Source: Sphyrna mokarran
Lineage: Eukaryota
Reading direction: 5' to 3'
Length of the DNA stretch: 64,000 nucleotides
NCBI GenBank assembly: GCA_024679065.1
Contig: JAGIQG010000016.1
Span: 11,966,001 to 12,030,000 of the forward strand
The first letter of the stretch is position 1, and every line of letters begins with the position of its first letter. This document shows positions 49,420-61,121 of this stretch, one piece after another. The notes beneath the pieces are model-generated. The model saw only the letters and a program-made list of their open reading frames with translations. It searched no databases and was not told where the DNA came from. The position numbers were made by a program, and so were the translations under genes.

Positions 49420-50969
49420 TACTTTTCGCAATAGGTTTCAGTCTGCCAATTTTCAGTGGAAAACAAAAATTTGCAAAAGCAATTCTGCACATAATGACAT
49501 GGATGTGGAGTCGGGCTGAGAATCCATTGACACAAAATAGAAATTGGACTGCATGATTACGACAGAAGTACACATTTATTATGATGGTGAAGATGTGAGG
49601 GCAAAAGGATTTATCGGAGCAAACGATATGCAGACAGTTAATCAATCTGTTGATTGTCGATGGTTCTGATTACGTCAGTGTATAAGTAAATTTGCTTGGA
49701 AATTGGACCACGAGAAGATTTTGTGTTCTCACCATACGATATTATGATATTTATCATTGTTCAATAATGATCCCAGGCTTAGGGCCAAACAATGAGAAAT
49801 ACTCAATCATACAAAGAGATTGTGTGTGAAGAAATAAAAATCCTCAACATAGTCATGAAAATCCAATCGGTGTTTTGAGTTGATTTTCAAAGCAGAGCTG
49901 GTAAGTTAGCATTAAGAAATAGGAAGGCGTTTCAATTCAGTGAAACCAAAGGAACCGGAGCTTAAAACAAGCAATTATATAATCTGTCACAATTGGTATA
50001 GGTCTAGAATTAAGCAGGGAACAGATATTAACTTCAAAAAGAGGTTGAAATGCAATTTTGACCTCCACACAGCAACGTTTAGGTACTTTAGCAATAAAGG
50101 AGAAGAATTGGTGCAAAATAAATGCGGTAAGAAGCAAATCACTTGATATTTATTTGCTACAAATACAGTGGTAGAAAAACATTATATAACATAACAACAT
50201 TCCTCTCAGATATATATGTGTGTATATCTGCTGGAAAGCCGTAAATTGTAAATTACAGTGCTAACAAAGAAGCAGTGGGATAACGTAACTTTTTTTTTCT
50301 GTGTAGCAACAGTTTCTAGGGAGCAGTGAGTGCATCTCGCCTCCCCCCATTGATTTCATTGCGACCATTAAATGGGTAGGAAGCGCACCATGAAGGTGTG
50401 TTGAGCTCAAAAACAACGAAGCAATTCTAGAAGACACTGGACGGCCATGATTAAAATACATTAAAATGTGCTTCAAAGCAGCATCGTTATTTGCTGAAGC
50501 AACTCACCTGAATCTTTGTCTACGTTTTCATCATCTGCCAATAGCGGAGTGAAAATACAAAAAAAAAACAACTAATATTATCTCTACATACACGTAATCG
50601 GGAATTGTTTCAAAAATTTGTTGTACCAACTTCAAGAAAGTTCATATTAAATGTGTAGCAGTCCAGAGAGGCAATTCCTATTTCACTGAGGCATGTAGTG
50701 AAACATTGCACTTTTTTTGTGACACTCACAGAGCACTCAATAAACTGGCATTCCGAGTTTCCTTACCCTTACATTCAGACAGAAATTTTGAAATTTACAT
50801 GACATCCACGGACAACATGGCGCCTGATTGATAGCCCGCCTCATTCCAATCACTGGAAACGTGAAGATATTTGTTTTGTCCTATTACTGACCTTTTGAAC
50901 AACTTTAAAGTGTGATTTGATTTAACAATCCCCATATCATAGTGCAGGGATTCAAAGCTATATGATTGT
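49420..50969 (-). pseudogene. Two exon remnants (~49420-50140; 50508-50969), CTLDs
   Basis: IACFKLRFLWFH*IE; SFCPHIF; gacttccag acceptor, GQNKYLHVSSDWNEAGYQSGAML...LDCYTF..RVCR, CAG|gtgagt donor. Confidence 0.6.
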
Positions 50970-51069
50970 CTGGAAGTCAAATAAACAGATCTTTATTTTC
51001 AGAAGGATAATATAAGTCCTAATTCATTCGATGCATTGTGGGATTAGTTGTTTCACGTTTCTTCGTAAG

Positions 51070-52150
51070 TTCAGAAGATGTAGGGACAGAATTGAGCTCT
51101 TCGGCTCAACTATTCGATTTCGCCACTTGATCATTGTTGGTACGCTCATCATTTCATTTTTCTGCCTTCTCTCAAAAGCCCTTCAAATCATTTTGAGTTA
51201 AAAATCTGTCTTATGTCTCCTTAAACTTATTCAGTGTTCCAGCATTTGTAGTAGTGAATTCCACTCGTTCATCATACGTTGGGAGATGTATTTGTTCACA
51301 CATTGGCTTTAAAATTGTTACCCCGATCCAAAAGCTATGGCCTCTTGTCTAAGAACGCCCCATAAAAGAAAGTGCCTGCTCCACCTCTAATTTATCCATA
51401 TATTTGATCATCTAATATATCTCAACTTGATTCTCCACTCCGTCTCGTAAATTAATATATATAGGCCTAACCTTTTCAGTCTTTTTGCATCTGACAAACC
51501 TCTCAACGCTGGAATCGATCTAGTAAACCTCCTCTGAACTGTGTGCATTGTGACTTCAAGTTTCATCAAAATTAGTGAAACAAAACTGAACACAATTGGT
51601 GCATCCTCATCAATGGCTTGTATAGTTGCAGCAATATTTCCTTAACTTTATATTATATCTCTTTCGCTATAAAGGCAAACATTCCATTTGCATTCTTTAT
51701 TATCTTCTGTACCTGAATGCTCATTTTATGTTACTCATGAAGGAGGACACCTTGATTCTTACGCACCGGAACAAACCAAATTTGGATAATATGTCACCTT
51801 CCAAGTTTTCGACTGAAATATATAGAATTCCTCATCAAAACTTAATGCCACACTTTTTTTGAGACAGCTAAAAATTGACTATATACCGTTCTGTCCCTTT
51901 ATCGAAGTCATTAATAGACATTGTAAGTTTGTGACATCCAAGGATTGAACCGTGCAGCACCCCACTAGTTTGTTCTTGCCATTCGGAATAACAGCATCGC
52001 AATTTTCCCGGCAATCAATCTCCTGAACATCAGTCAGTCACTCAACCAAGATAATAAGCTATCCCTTATACCACATGATCTCACCTAATGAATTAAACTT
52101 TTTTTGTGGAACATCGTTAAACGGCTTGTGTAAGTCCAATTTTATTACAT
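51070..52150 (-). mobile_element. Old CR1 3' part
   Basis: VQRRFTRSIPALRGLSDAKRLKRLGLY; SGVLHGSILG remnant near 51960. Confidence 0.85.
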
Positions 52151-52833
52151 ATTCCGGACTACTTCATTCAGGTCCGAACCAAATTTCAGTTTGCAGGAAA
52201 TGCAGTATGAAATAGATTGAATGATTTGCATAGAAAACTCCATTCCTGAACCAGTGCAATCCATGCAATATACTTAGTTGCACGGTATTACCTGTGCGAG
52301 ACTTCAAGCATATTGACCCAGCAAAAATGAAAGCATAATTATATTTTCCAAAGGAGGAATTGTGGCTAGCTTTGAAGATAACATCTCAAGTGATAATCGT
52401 CGGAGTCTGCTATGCTTGTTCTTTTGCGTGATAGTTGTTTATAATGTTAAATACGAGAGAAATTGGTGAGGTCCTGCAGTGAATGCTATAGACGTCAAAT
52501 ACTAACGTTAACTTTCAGTTTTAGACGGTGTCAGGTTGTGGATCATTTGCCAATGCTAACATATATTTCGTCTTGGATCGTAGTATTCCAAGACGGTGTG
52601 ATTTCACAAATCAAAAAAAAATAATTCCGACATAACTACATCTTACGTATTTGCATTAGGTTAATTTTTGGCTTGGAAAAAAAAAACGCATTACATGTCA
52701 GATGTAGTCAAAGCGAATTTAATAAGGCCGACTTCAGAATGCAGAACAGACGAACTTTTTATGACATTTCATAGTGGGATGCAAATATAAAAAGCAATTC
52801 CTCAGTGGCGATACTGTAAAATTCGAGGGACAT

Positions 52834-52975
52834 NNNNNNNNNNNNNNNNNNNNNNNNNNNNNNNNNNNNNNNNNNNNNNNNNNNNNNNNNNNNNNNNNNN
52901 NNNNNNNNNNNNNNNNNNNNNNNNNNNNNNNNNNNNNNNNNNNNNNNNNNNNNNNNNNNNNNNNNNNNNNNNNNN
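52834..52975. other. Assembly gap (142 N)
   Basis: Run of N. Confidence 1.
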
Positions 52976-53094
52976 TTCAGAGTCTCTGCAAAGGGATGCA
53001 TTTGTTGTCCATCCATGAATACACTTTTTCAGGGAGTCCCCTGTCTACATCTGTTCAGAATGTGCTTCGGTATAATTAATATTTATTTGTTTTA

Positions 53095-55770
53095 CGGAAT
53101 CACGGAGCAGCCGAAAAATTCAATCTGTTTCCCGAATTAGCATCATTCCGACGACAGTTTTGTAACATCGACTTGCAATTAGAAATGCATGACTTAATGT
53201 CGGTTCCATCAACAGGTCTGTACTATCGCCATATTACCAACGCATTCTCGAGGTTTTCTGGACTAATGCAAGTGTCAGTACAACGCTGGTAGATTCTCCC
53301 ATCATTTGCCTGATGCGAGCAGCTATTTGAAGTTTAGTCAGGAAATTCTGGTTTTATACACGAAACTGACAACAGTGAATCGTCAACATTTCTTGGAGTT
53401 ACGGAGTGAAGGGTCATTGTGTCATGGCTTGTATTAGGGCATAACACGTATGAAATGTAATCACGCCCATAGATGCACTTCATTTGTTCAAGTTTTTTTT
53501 TGCAAATCTGTATATAAATATTAATTATCAACTTAATTGTGGATTGTGCTTTCATGCCAACGTTATCAAATAACCGTAAACATTTCCAATACGTTTGTAA
53601 AGTTAAAAAAAAAACCTTAATATTGCTTTGTTCTTTTCTTTACCATTTGTTATATGATCAGAAGTTTCAAAACAATGCTATTGTAAATACAACTTGACAC
53701 TTTCATGATAACTGCTTTCAAATAACTGATACTTCTCCAGTGTGTGTTGTAAGGCCACCTTCCTCCATGAATTATGCTGTTCATCATCCAGGCATCAACT
53801 GATGCAAACCTGTCTCACGCAGGAGTTGCTAGGATTGTCTATTGTTGAATAATTTTATGGCAACTTAAACCTTTCTGCACATATATGTAGTGAAAATACT
53901 GACAATCACTTATAGTTTCTCCAACATTACTTTGTTTAGAAGTATGTAATGCTTGACATTAGGTATTTTGCAACTGAGGAAATATCGGTATTTTAGTACT
54001 AGGTTCAAACAAGGAAAAACTACTTAGTTGAATGACTTGCTGTCAAAAGCTCAGTGAGAGCCATTATGGAACTAACAAGGCGTAAGATAATGAACGGTAC
54101 CCCTTTTGATGAGTACATTTAGATAGTCGTGTAACATTAATGTGTTTATTTATTACTCGCTCTGTCGAGGAACAAAAAAAGGACATCTCTGATGCTGATG
54201 TGACATGGCGTGCTTTGCCTTGCAATGAAAAGACCCAGAATTAATATGAGCACAAAACGTTATGTTAAAGGCCATCTAATTTCTAAGTCAGAAATTATTG
54301 TCCTTAAAATAATCAAACTAAAATAAAAATGTGTTCCTTTTAGAGGTACCTTGAAAACATATATAGTTTTATTACAATCCAACTTCAATATTCTGGTCCC
54401 TATATATAAATATATGTATATATTTTACATTATGTTAGTTTTACCCGTGTCTTCCAGCTTTTTCCCTGTCATGTGAAAACAAATCCAAGACATGTCACAG
54501 TAATAAAGTTAAGGAATGTGGCCAACTGCTGAACATTTTTTGATTTTAAAATATGTGCAGATTTCCGGCTCTGCAGTACAATTTTTAACGCACTCGCTCG
54601 AGTATTCAAAGAGGAAACACTCGGATAGATCAGGGTAAAAGTTGCTCTATTGTTGTATTAGGACATAGAGAAATTGTTTGACACAAAGCTTCACAATCGA
54701 ACTTTCAGGAATGTAATAACACATTCATTAAAAACTAACTTAGCACCTCTTGTAAGAGTACAACATAAAATGCCCCAGATCCATCAGTGAATTGGGCAGA
54801 TGAGGAGCAGATGGATGTTCCATCAAGAAAAGACTGAATCAATCTGAGCATTTGCTTTGGCCAGAAGAGAAGTAGCGTTACTTAAATTGTGTCATTGAAA
54901 ACTTTATTTCCATACCAGATAAAGTTGAATAGTTGTTTTTTTTTTTTCTGAAACTGATGAAATGATTTTGTTGTATAACTGGTTTGGAATCCGCCAAATC
55001 TTATTTGTTTGTTGACCATTGATAACTCTCCCAGACATTGGTAAGATGTGATACAATAGAAATTTCAATCATTGTGTTGTACTTTCAGAGCAACAAAACT
55101 AAATGATTTTTTGAGACTGTTTCTTTGCCCTCACATGAATTTTACATTTTATTATTAGCTGAATGTTATATTTTGAATATAGAAAGACTGAAGACTGAAC
55201 ATTTTGATGCAGATGTACTTTGGTAAATCGAACCAATGCCAACTTACTCAGTTAATGGTTGAATCTTGTGGGCGCATATCGAAGCAGGAGAAAAATGAAT
55301 AGAGCGTCATTGCTCTTTGACGTTGGGGTCAGAACTAAACTGGGTGGTGAAAATGGAATTTGGAAAATGTGATTTCTTACTTGAGTATATTGTGTGCAGG
55401 AGATCGATCGTTCGTTTAAGTTGCACAATGCATTTCTCAAGCAACAACTGAAATAACGTATGCTGTTCTCGTTGTTCTATCATCGGATAGAGCAAGGAAT
55501 GGTGATAAATATGCACTAAGATTTTTTTTAGCATTTCATAGTTACCAATATACTGCCAAAACATTGCCATTGCAGTTAGGAGGAGATGCTGGTTAGGTTG
55601 TGCCTTTTTGTCCACGGAGCATAGGAGGATTGGGGTCATCTTACAGAAGTTTGTAAAATAATGAGAAGCATAGTTTTGCCAAATAATCAAGATCATATTC
55701 CAATGTTCGGGATGTGCAAAACTATAAATTTTATTTGAGAGTGAAGCGATGCAGAAGGTCAAGAATTTCT
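53095..55770 (-). pseudogene. Exon remnants (~53095-53500, 53733-53874, ~54025-54283, 55248-~55770)
   Basis: DIKSCISNCKS (WSC-like); NYSTIDNPSN..QVCI..SWRKV; FCAHIN../STPCH; IWQNYASHYFTNFCK..FWQYIGN with gtaagt donor. Confidence 0.5.
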
Positions 55771-55774
55771 TCAC

Positions 55775-56035
55775 ACTGGTTGTGTGAAGTAATTTCTTTA
55801 CACTGGGTGTGGTGCATGAGTGAGTACGATTAGGCAGATGTAGTATAACATGTGGGTATAATTTTATATTTTTAAAAACTTTTACACAGTTGCATGGGGA
55901 AAATGGTTTGGAGCGACATTGGGGAAATGCTGATAATTAGATCTCCCGTGATAGTATATATATATATATATAAAATCAGCATGGACACGTTTGTCTGAAA
56001 ACCTTGTTTCTATGCTGTAAATCTCCACGATACAA
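55775..56035 (+). mobile_element. Old CR1 3' end
   Basis: aatttctttacac..gtggtg..; gcatggac..ttgtttctatgctgta tail. Confidence 0.7.
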
Positions 56036-56366
56036 TCACACTTAATGCTTGAGTAATTCACAGTTCGGATTTTCTCTGATATTTTGTGAGTCAAAAACGT
56101 TTTCAGATATCAGAATATTTCACACTTTATTGAACAACAATTCTGATGCCGATTTGCACCGGCAAAAAGCCAAAGGGCTGAAAATGAACACACAAACTAC
56201 AGGCAAGTTGACCTGGTGGAAAAAAAAGATTAAAACAGTACTGCAACAAAATTTCCATCAGCAATCATACACGAGTTCAAATTTTATCATGACCAAATGC
56301 AGCATTTTTAAAGATTAAATTCATATTGTTTATCGATAAATTTAAATATTTAAATATACATCTTAC

Positions 56367-58690
56367 AGTAACAGTATGGCTTCTGGAGTCACAGCGGTGC
56401 ATTAGAACAGACATTCCAATTTGAAAAAAAAATCTTCTATGAAATGATTTTAAAGGAAAATTACAATGAATGGATGTGAAAATGTGTATGGAGCGAACAT
56501 AATTCCTGACTCATAATATGGACGAAGTAACACGACAGTCTTTAACGTGTAGAATGTTATCTTCAGGAGTCTGACGTGATCATAGAACATAGAACATTAC
56601 AGCACAGAACAGGCCCTTCAGCCTTCGATGTTGTGCCGACCAAAATAAAAAGCAATGCCCCTCCAAACTAAACCATTCCCTTCTCTTCCATATACTTATC
56701 AATTAACCTCTTAAACGCCACCAAACTTGGCGCATCTACAACAGCTGCAGGCAGGGCATTCCACTCCCTAATCACTCTTTGAGTAAAGAACCTACCTCTG
56801 ATATCCGTCCTATAACTCATACCCCTTAATTTAAAGCTGTGTCCCCTCGTGCTAGCTTTCTCCATCCTAGGAAAAAGGCTATCACTGTCCACCCTATCTA
56901 AACCTCTAATCATCTTATATGCTTCAATAAGATCCCCTCTTAGCCGCCTCCTTTCTAACGAAAACAACCTCAAATCCTTCAACCTCTCTTCATAGGACCT
57001 GCCCTCCATACCAGGCAACATCCTGGTAAACCTCCTCTGTACCCTCTCCAATGCCTCCACATCTTTCTTATAATGTGGGGACCAGAACTGCACACAATAC
57101 TCCAAGTGCGGCCGCACTAGAGTTTTGCACAGTTGCAACATGATGCTGCGGCTCCTAAATTCAATCCCCCTACCAATAAAAGCTAAGACTCCATATCCCT
57201 TCTTAACAACTTTATCCACTTGACTGCCTACTTTCAGGGATCTATTGACACCTACACCAAGATCCTTCTGTTCCTCAACACTATTAAGAGCCCTACCATT
57301 AGCCCTATACTCTACACATTTATTGTTCCTGCCAAAGTGCATTACCTCACACTTTTCCACATTAAACTCCATTTGCCACCTCTCGGCCCAGCTCTGCAAC
57401 TTGTCCAAGTCACTCTGTAAACTATAACACCCCTCTTCACTATCTACCACTCCACCAACTTTAGTGTCATCTGCAAATTTACTGATCCATCCCTCAATAC
57501 CCTCATCCAGATCATTTATAAAAATTACAAACAGCAGGGGCCCCAAAACAGACCCCTGAGGCACACCACTCGTCACCGAACTCCACGAAGAATATCTCCC
57601 ATCAACCACCACCCTCTGTCTTCTATCTGCCAGCCAATTCCTAATCCAATTAGCTAAATCACCCTCTATTCCACACATCTGCATTTTCTGTAGAAGTCTT
57701 CCATGGGCCACCTTATCAAACGCCTTACTAAAGTCCATATATACTACATCAACCGCCTTACCCCCATCCACCTCTCTGGTCACTTTCTCAAAAAACTCAA
57801 TGAGGTTAGTAAGGCATGACCTACCCTTCACGAAACCATGCTGACTATCCCCAATCAATTCATTTCTCTCTAAATAACTATAAATCCTATCCCTAATAAT
57901 TCTCTCCAATGCCTTGCCCACAACAGAAGTAAGACTCACTGGCCTATAATTCCCTGGAAGGTCTCTCTTCCCCTTCTTAAACAATGGTACCACATTCGCT
58001 ATCCTCCAGTCCTCCGGAACCACACCCGTAACCAACGAGGACCTGAAGATCAGAGCCAGAGGCTCTGCAAGCTCCTCTCTTGCCTCCCAGAGAATCCTAG
58101 GGTAAATCCCGTCCGGCCCAGGGGACTTATCCAACTTCAAACCCTCGTTGCTGTTGATCATTGCTGTTTACCTCGTTTTTTAAAAGACGCTTTGCACTTG
58201 GCTAATTCTGTATCATAATAAGAAAGTAAAGACCAACAACAGAATCATCAGAGCAGAGTAGGAGTTGCATCAATGCATCAACTTCATTTTGACACTCTAT
58301 TGATCACGTTTTTCCTTTATAATGATGCGGTTTCGAAATGTGCTTTTCTCTTATTATCAGCAATTAAATCTCAAACATATACAATGTTTTATGTTTCCAG
58401 CACACGGTTCAGCATTCATTCATTTTGATTATAGGTTCACGCAGCATATGGAGATCTTCGTAACATTATCCATGCATTTATTCAATCATGTCTTCATTTC
58501 CTGACCGGAGCATGGTAAACCAACAGTGTTGTGCACATGTATTTGTCCACGTTTTTATATCAGGGTAGCTCTCACTTCCATCAACTCTGTGCACAATTTC
58601 TTTTACTTCGACGTGACCGACTTCAGTTTATGAAATTTACATGTACGACCACTCATTGGTGTGCGCCCTGATTTTAAATTCCAATATAAC
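56367..58690 (-). pseudogene. Multi-CTLD exon remnant split by a CR1
   Basis: GRTCKF..KLC..ATL; NAWIMLRR; AEPCAGNIKHCICL; LSYYDTELAKCK..RGKQQ*SRQTPEDN (read across the CR1); FSNWN..PYCY|gtaag. Confidence 0.65.
56582..58147 (-). mobile_element. CR1 LINE (HER1-like), 5'-truncated, uninterrupted RT
   Basis: 497-aa ORF with canonical YMDFSKAFD, GVPQGSVLGP, FADDTK; (CATAGAA)n tail; TSD TGATCAT. Confidence 0.97.
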
Positions 58691-59134
58691 CTAACAACTA
58701 GGATAGAATTTTACGACCTCGCTCGGGCGAGACTGAAAATATCCATCCGAAGTCAACAGACATTTCCAATGTCGGACGATCGCCCGCTCCGATTCCATGA
58801 GGGAGTGGTGGTAGATTACTGGGCTTAATCTCCCATTCCACAAGATTCATGATTTAATCAACAGTCAACCTCCCAGTTTTAAAATGATTTATGCAAATGC
58901 TGCTAACGTCATTTGTTTTCCATTCATTACCCAGTCAACTTGCTCATCAGGAAATAAAATCGCCATAATCAAAATGTATTAAAAATCTGTTGCAATTAAT
59001 TAAATAAGAACATACTTCCTTTATGGGACTAAATAAAAATGAACAGTCAACTCAGGATTTTTATCTTGCAGAACATTCATTATTATTTAAAACAACTTTG
59101 GAAAAAAATGAACTTTGTATACATCATATCTTAC

Positions 59135-60095
59135 AGCGAATCGAACCACTGGTAAGAACTAGTCACTGCCACGATTTTTGTTTTTTTTTGCCATTTCATA
59201 TATTATTATAGTCAACACCTCACGATACGGCAGCCCACCTAACTAATCCAGGCAATGTTGGAAATTTTAAATGCCTTACTGTGATGCAAGCCAAATTCAT
59301 CATATGGAGAAAGATGGAGATCAAGTTGATATTCCACTCAAAGTGCAATGTTTTATCCACTATTACACCTCTGATTTAGTGAAAAAAAAACTGAATGTAT
59401 CTTACTGACCTGTTTGAAAATAAAATGCACATATAAATGCCTTGGAAGGCTATTTGGTCTGTTTAATACACATAATCATTCCATGCACTGATATCATCCA
59501 TCTGAGATGTTTTTCAATCGGCTGTCAAACTATTACTTTAACCTGCGTTTGTGTCTTGTTTGAATACTTTTGTCCTTTACTCAGCGTTTCACTTAACTTA
59601 TTCTTTATTTATTTTTCACAGAATTTTTCATCAACCATGTTATTGTTTCCTTCATGTTAGTCAGCTTTTGAATTTTCCCAGCTTAATTCGAGAAGATATC
59701 AGCCTCGAAGAAACACAAGATGCATATTTTTATTGCTTCTTTTTAACGCTGTTTGATTTAATTTTCCACATTCTAAATTTTCCGCACTATTTTAAATTAG
59801 TATTGTTTATTTAAGTACAATAAATCAGCAACAGACAGAAATTAGATAACACCTTCCACTTTTTCTTTCAACGTTGCTTCTGCGAGGGAGAAACAAGATT
59901 CCTGAAATAATAATTTTGGTAACTCTGTTGCTGAAGCACAGATGGCAAATCGCTGCATTGCTTACATTACGCACAGTATACCTATCCAACAAAATCATGC
60001 ATCAATAACAACACCTTAAACGAGGGCATGCTTCTTGTAGATGACACATGAGGCCCGTACAATCAAAGTAGCATGTCTGTCAGCCGGAAGTCTCA
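59135..60095 (-). pseudogene. Three exon remnants (59135-59370, ~59410-59704, ~59852-60095), CTLDs
   Basis: HFEW..LACI..VRWAAVS*GVDYNNI* (gtaaga donor); ETITWL/EKFCEK..HLRWM; ASCVIY..WIGILC..RFAICA. Confidence 0.65.
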
Positions 60096-60179
60096 GGAGA
60101 AAATTGTGAGGATAAGGTTCAATTTGAATTGAATTAATAAGTTGTGGACAAAGGATGGTGGATTTTTTTTTTTTAAGAT

Positions 60180-61010
60180 ACTGATCCAGACCATCAGAGG
60201 ACATAGAAGGATATAGATCGTTTGGAGATTGGGAAGAGAGATGGCAAATGAATTTGAATCCGGACAAAATTGAGGCAATACGTTTTGGAAGGTTTAATAC
60301 AAATTGGAAACACATAATTAATGATAGAATCGCACAGATCATTGACAGGCAGAGGAATCTGATCACTGATACCAGCAACACAGGTGGAGAAGGTAGTCGA
60401 GAAGGCATACGACATGCTTGCCTTCATTCAGCCAGAGAATTGATTTAAATTAAACTGGCAAGTCATGTTGCAGTTTATACAATGTTAGTTCGGCTGCACT
60501 TGATATATGGTAATCAATTCCGTTCGCCACCTTAGCAGAAGGATTGTGGGTCGCTTTGGAGTTGGACTGAAAAAAAAACAGAATATCGCCTGCTATGGAG
60601 GGGATCATGTCTTTGGAGAGGTTGAATACAATTGGTTTGTTCTCACTGGATCCACAGAAATCGGAAGGCGACATCATAGTAGCCCACAAGATTATGAGAG
60701 GCATGCAGACCGTGGGGCGTTGGAAGTTTATTTTTCCCCCAGGATAAAAGAGTTAACTACTTGGTTTTAGTTACGATGGGCAATGTTTAAATGAGATGTA
60801 TAGATAGTTTTCTTTTTACACCGAGAATGGTAAATGGCTGGAAATCGCTGCCACAGGAAGTAGCGGAATAGATACAATTGTGTCTTTGAAGGGGAGACTT
60901 GGCAAATGCATAAAGAGGACAAGAAGTTAGGGATAGGAAAGAGGCTATAGTTAATGCTGGGGGGCGGGGCATACACGGTGGAAGAATGAAAGGCCATTTC
61001 CTATGCAGTT
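60180..61010 (+). mobile_element. Old CR1 3' part
   Basis: WEERWQMNLNPDKIEAIRFGR; QVEKVV.KAY.ML. Confidence 0.85.
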
Positions 61011-61121
61011 TTGTTGTTGTTGTTGTTCTTGTTTGTTCTTTTTTCTCTCGTTGGCATTAACTGGTTCTGTGGCGTGGGTGTGGGAGTTGGTGGTGGAGGG
61101 TAGAGTAGGCATAATGCAATC

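Noticed and set aside
58700-58825. MITE-like element with terminal inverted repeats
   Set aside because: Ends (gaattttac / gtagattac) are too degenerate to support a call.
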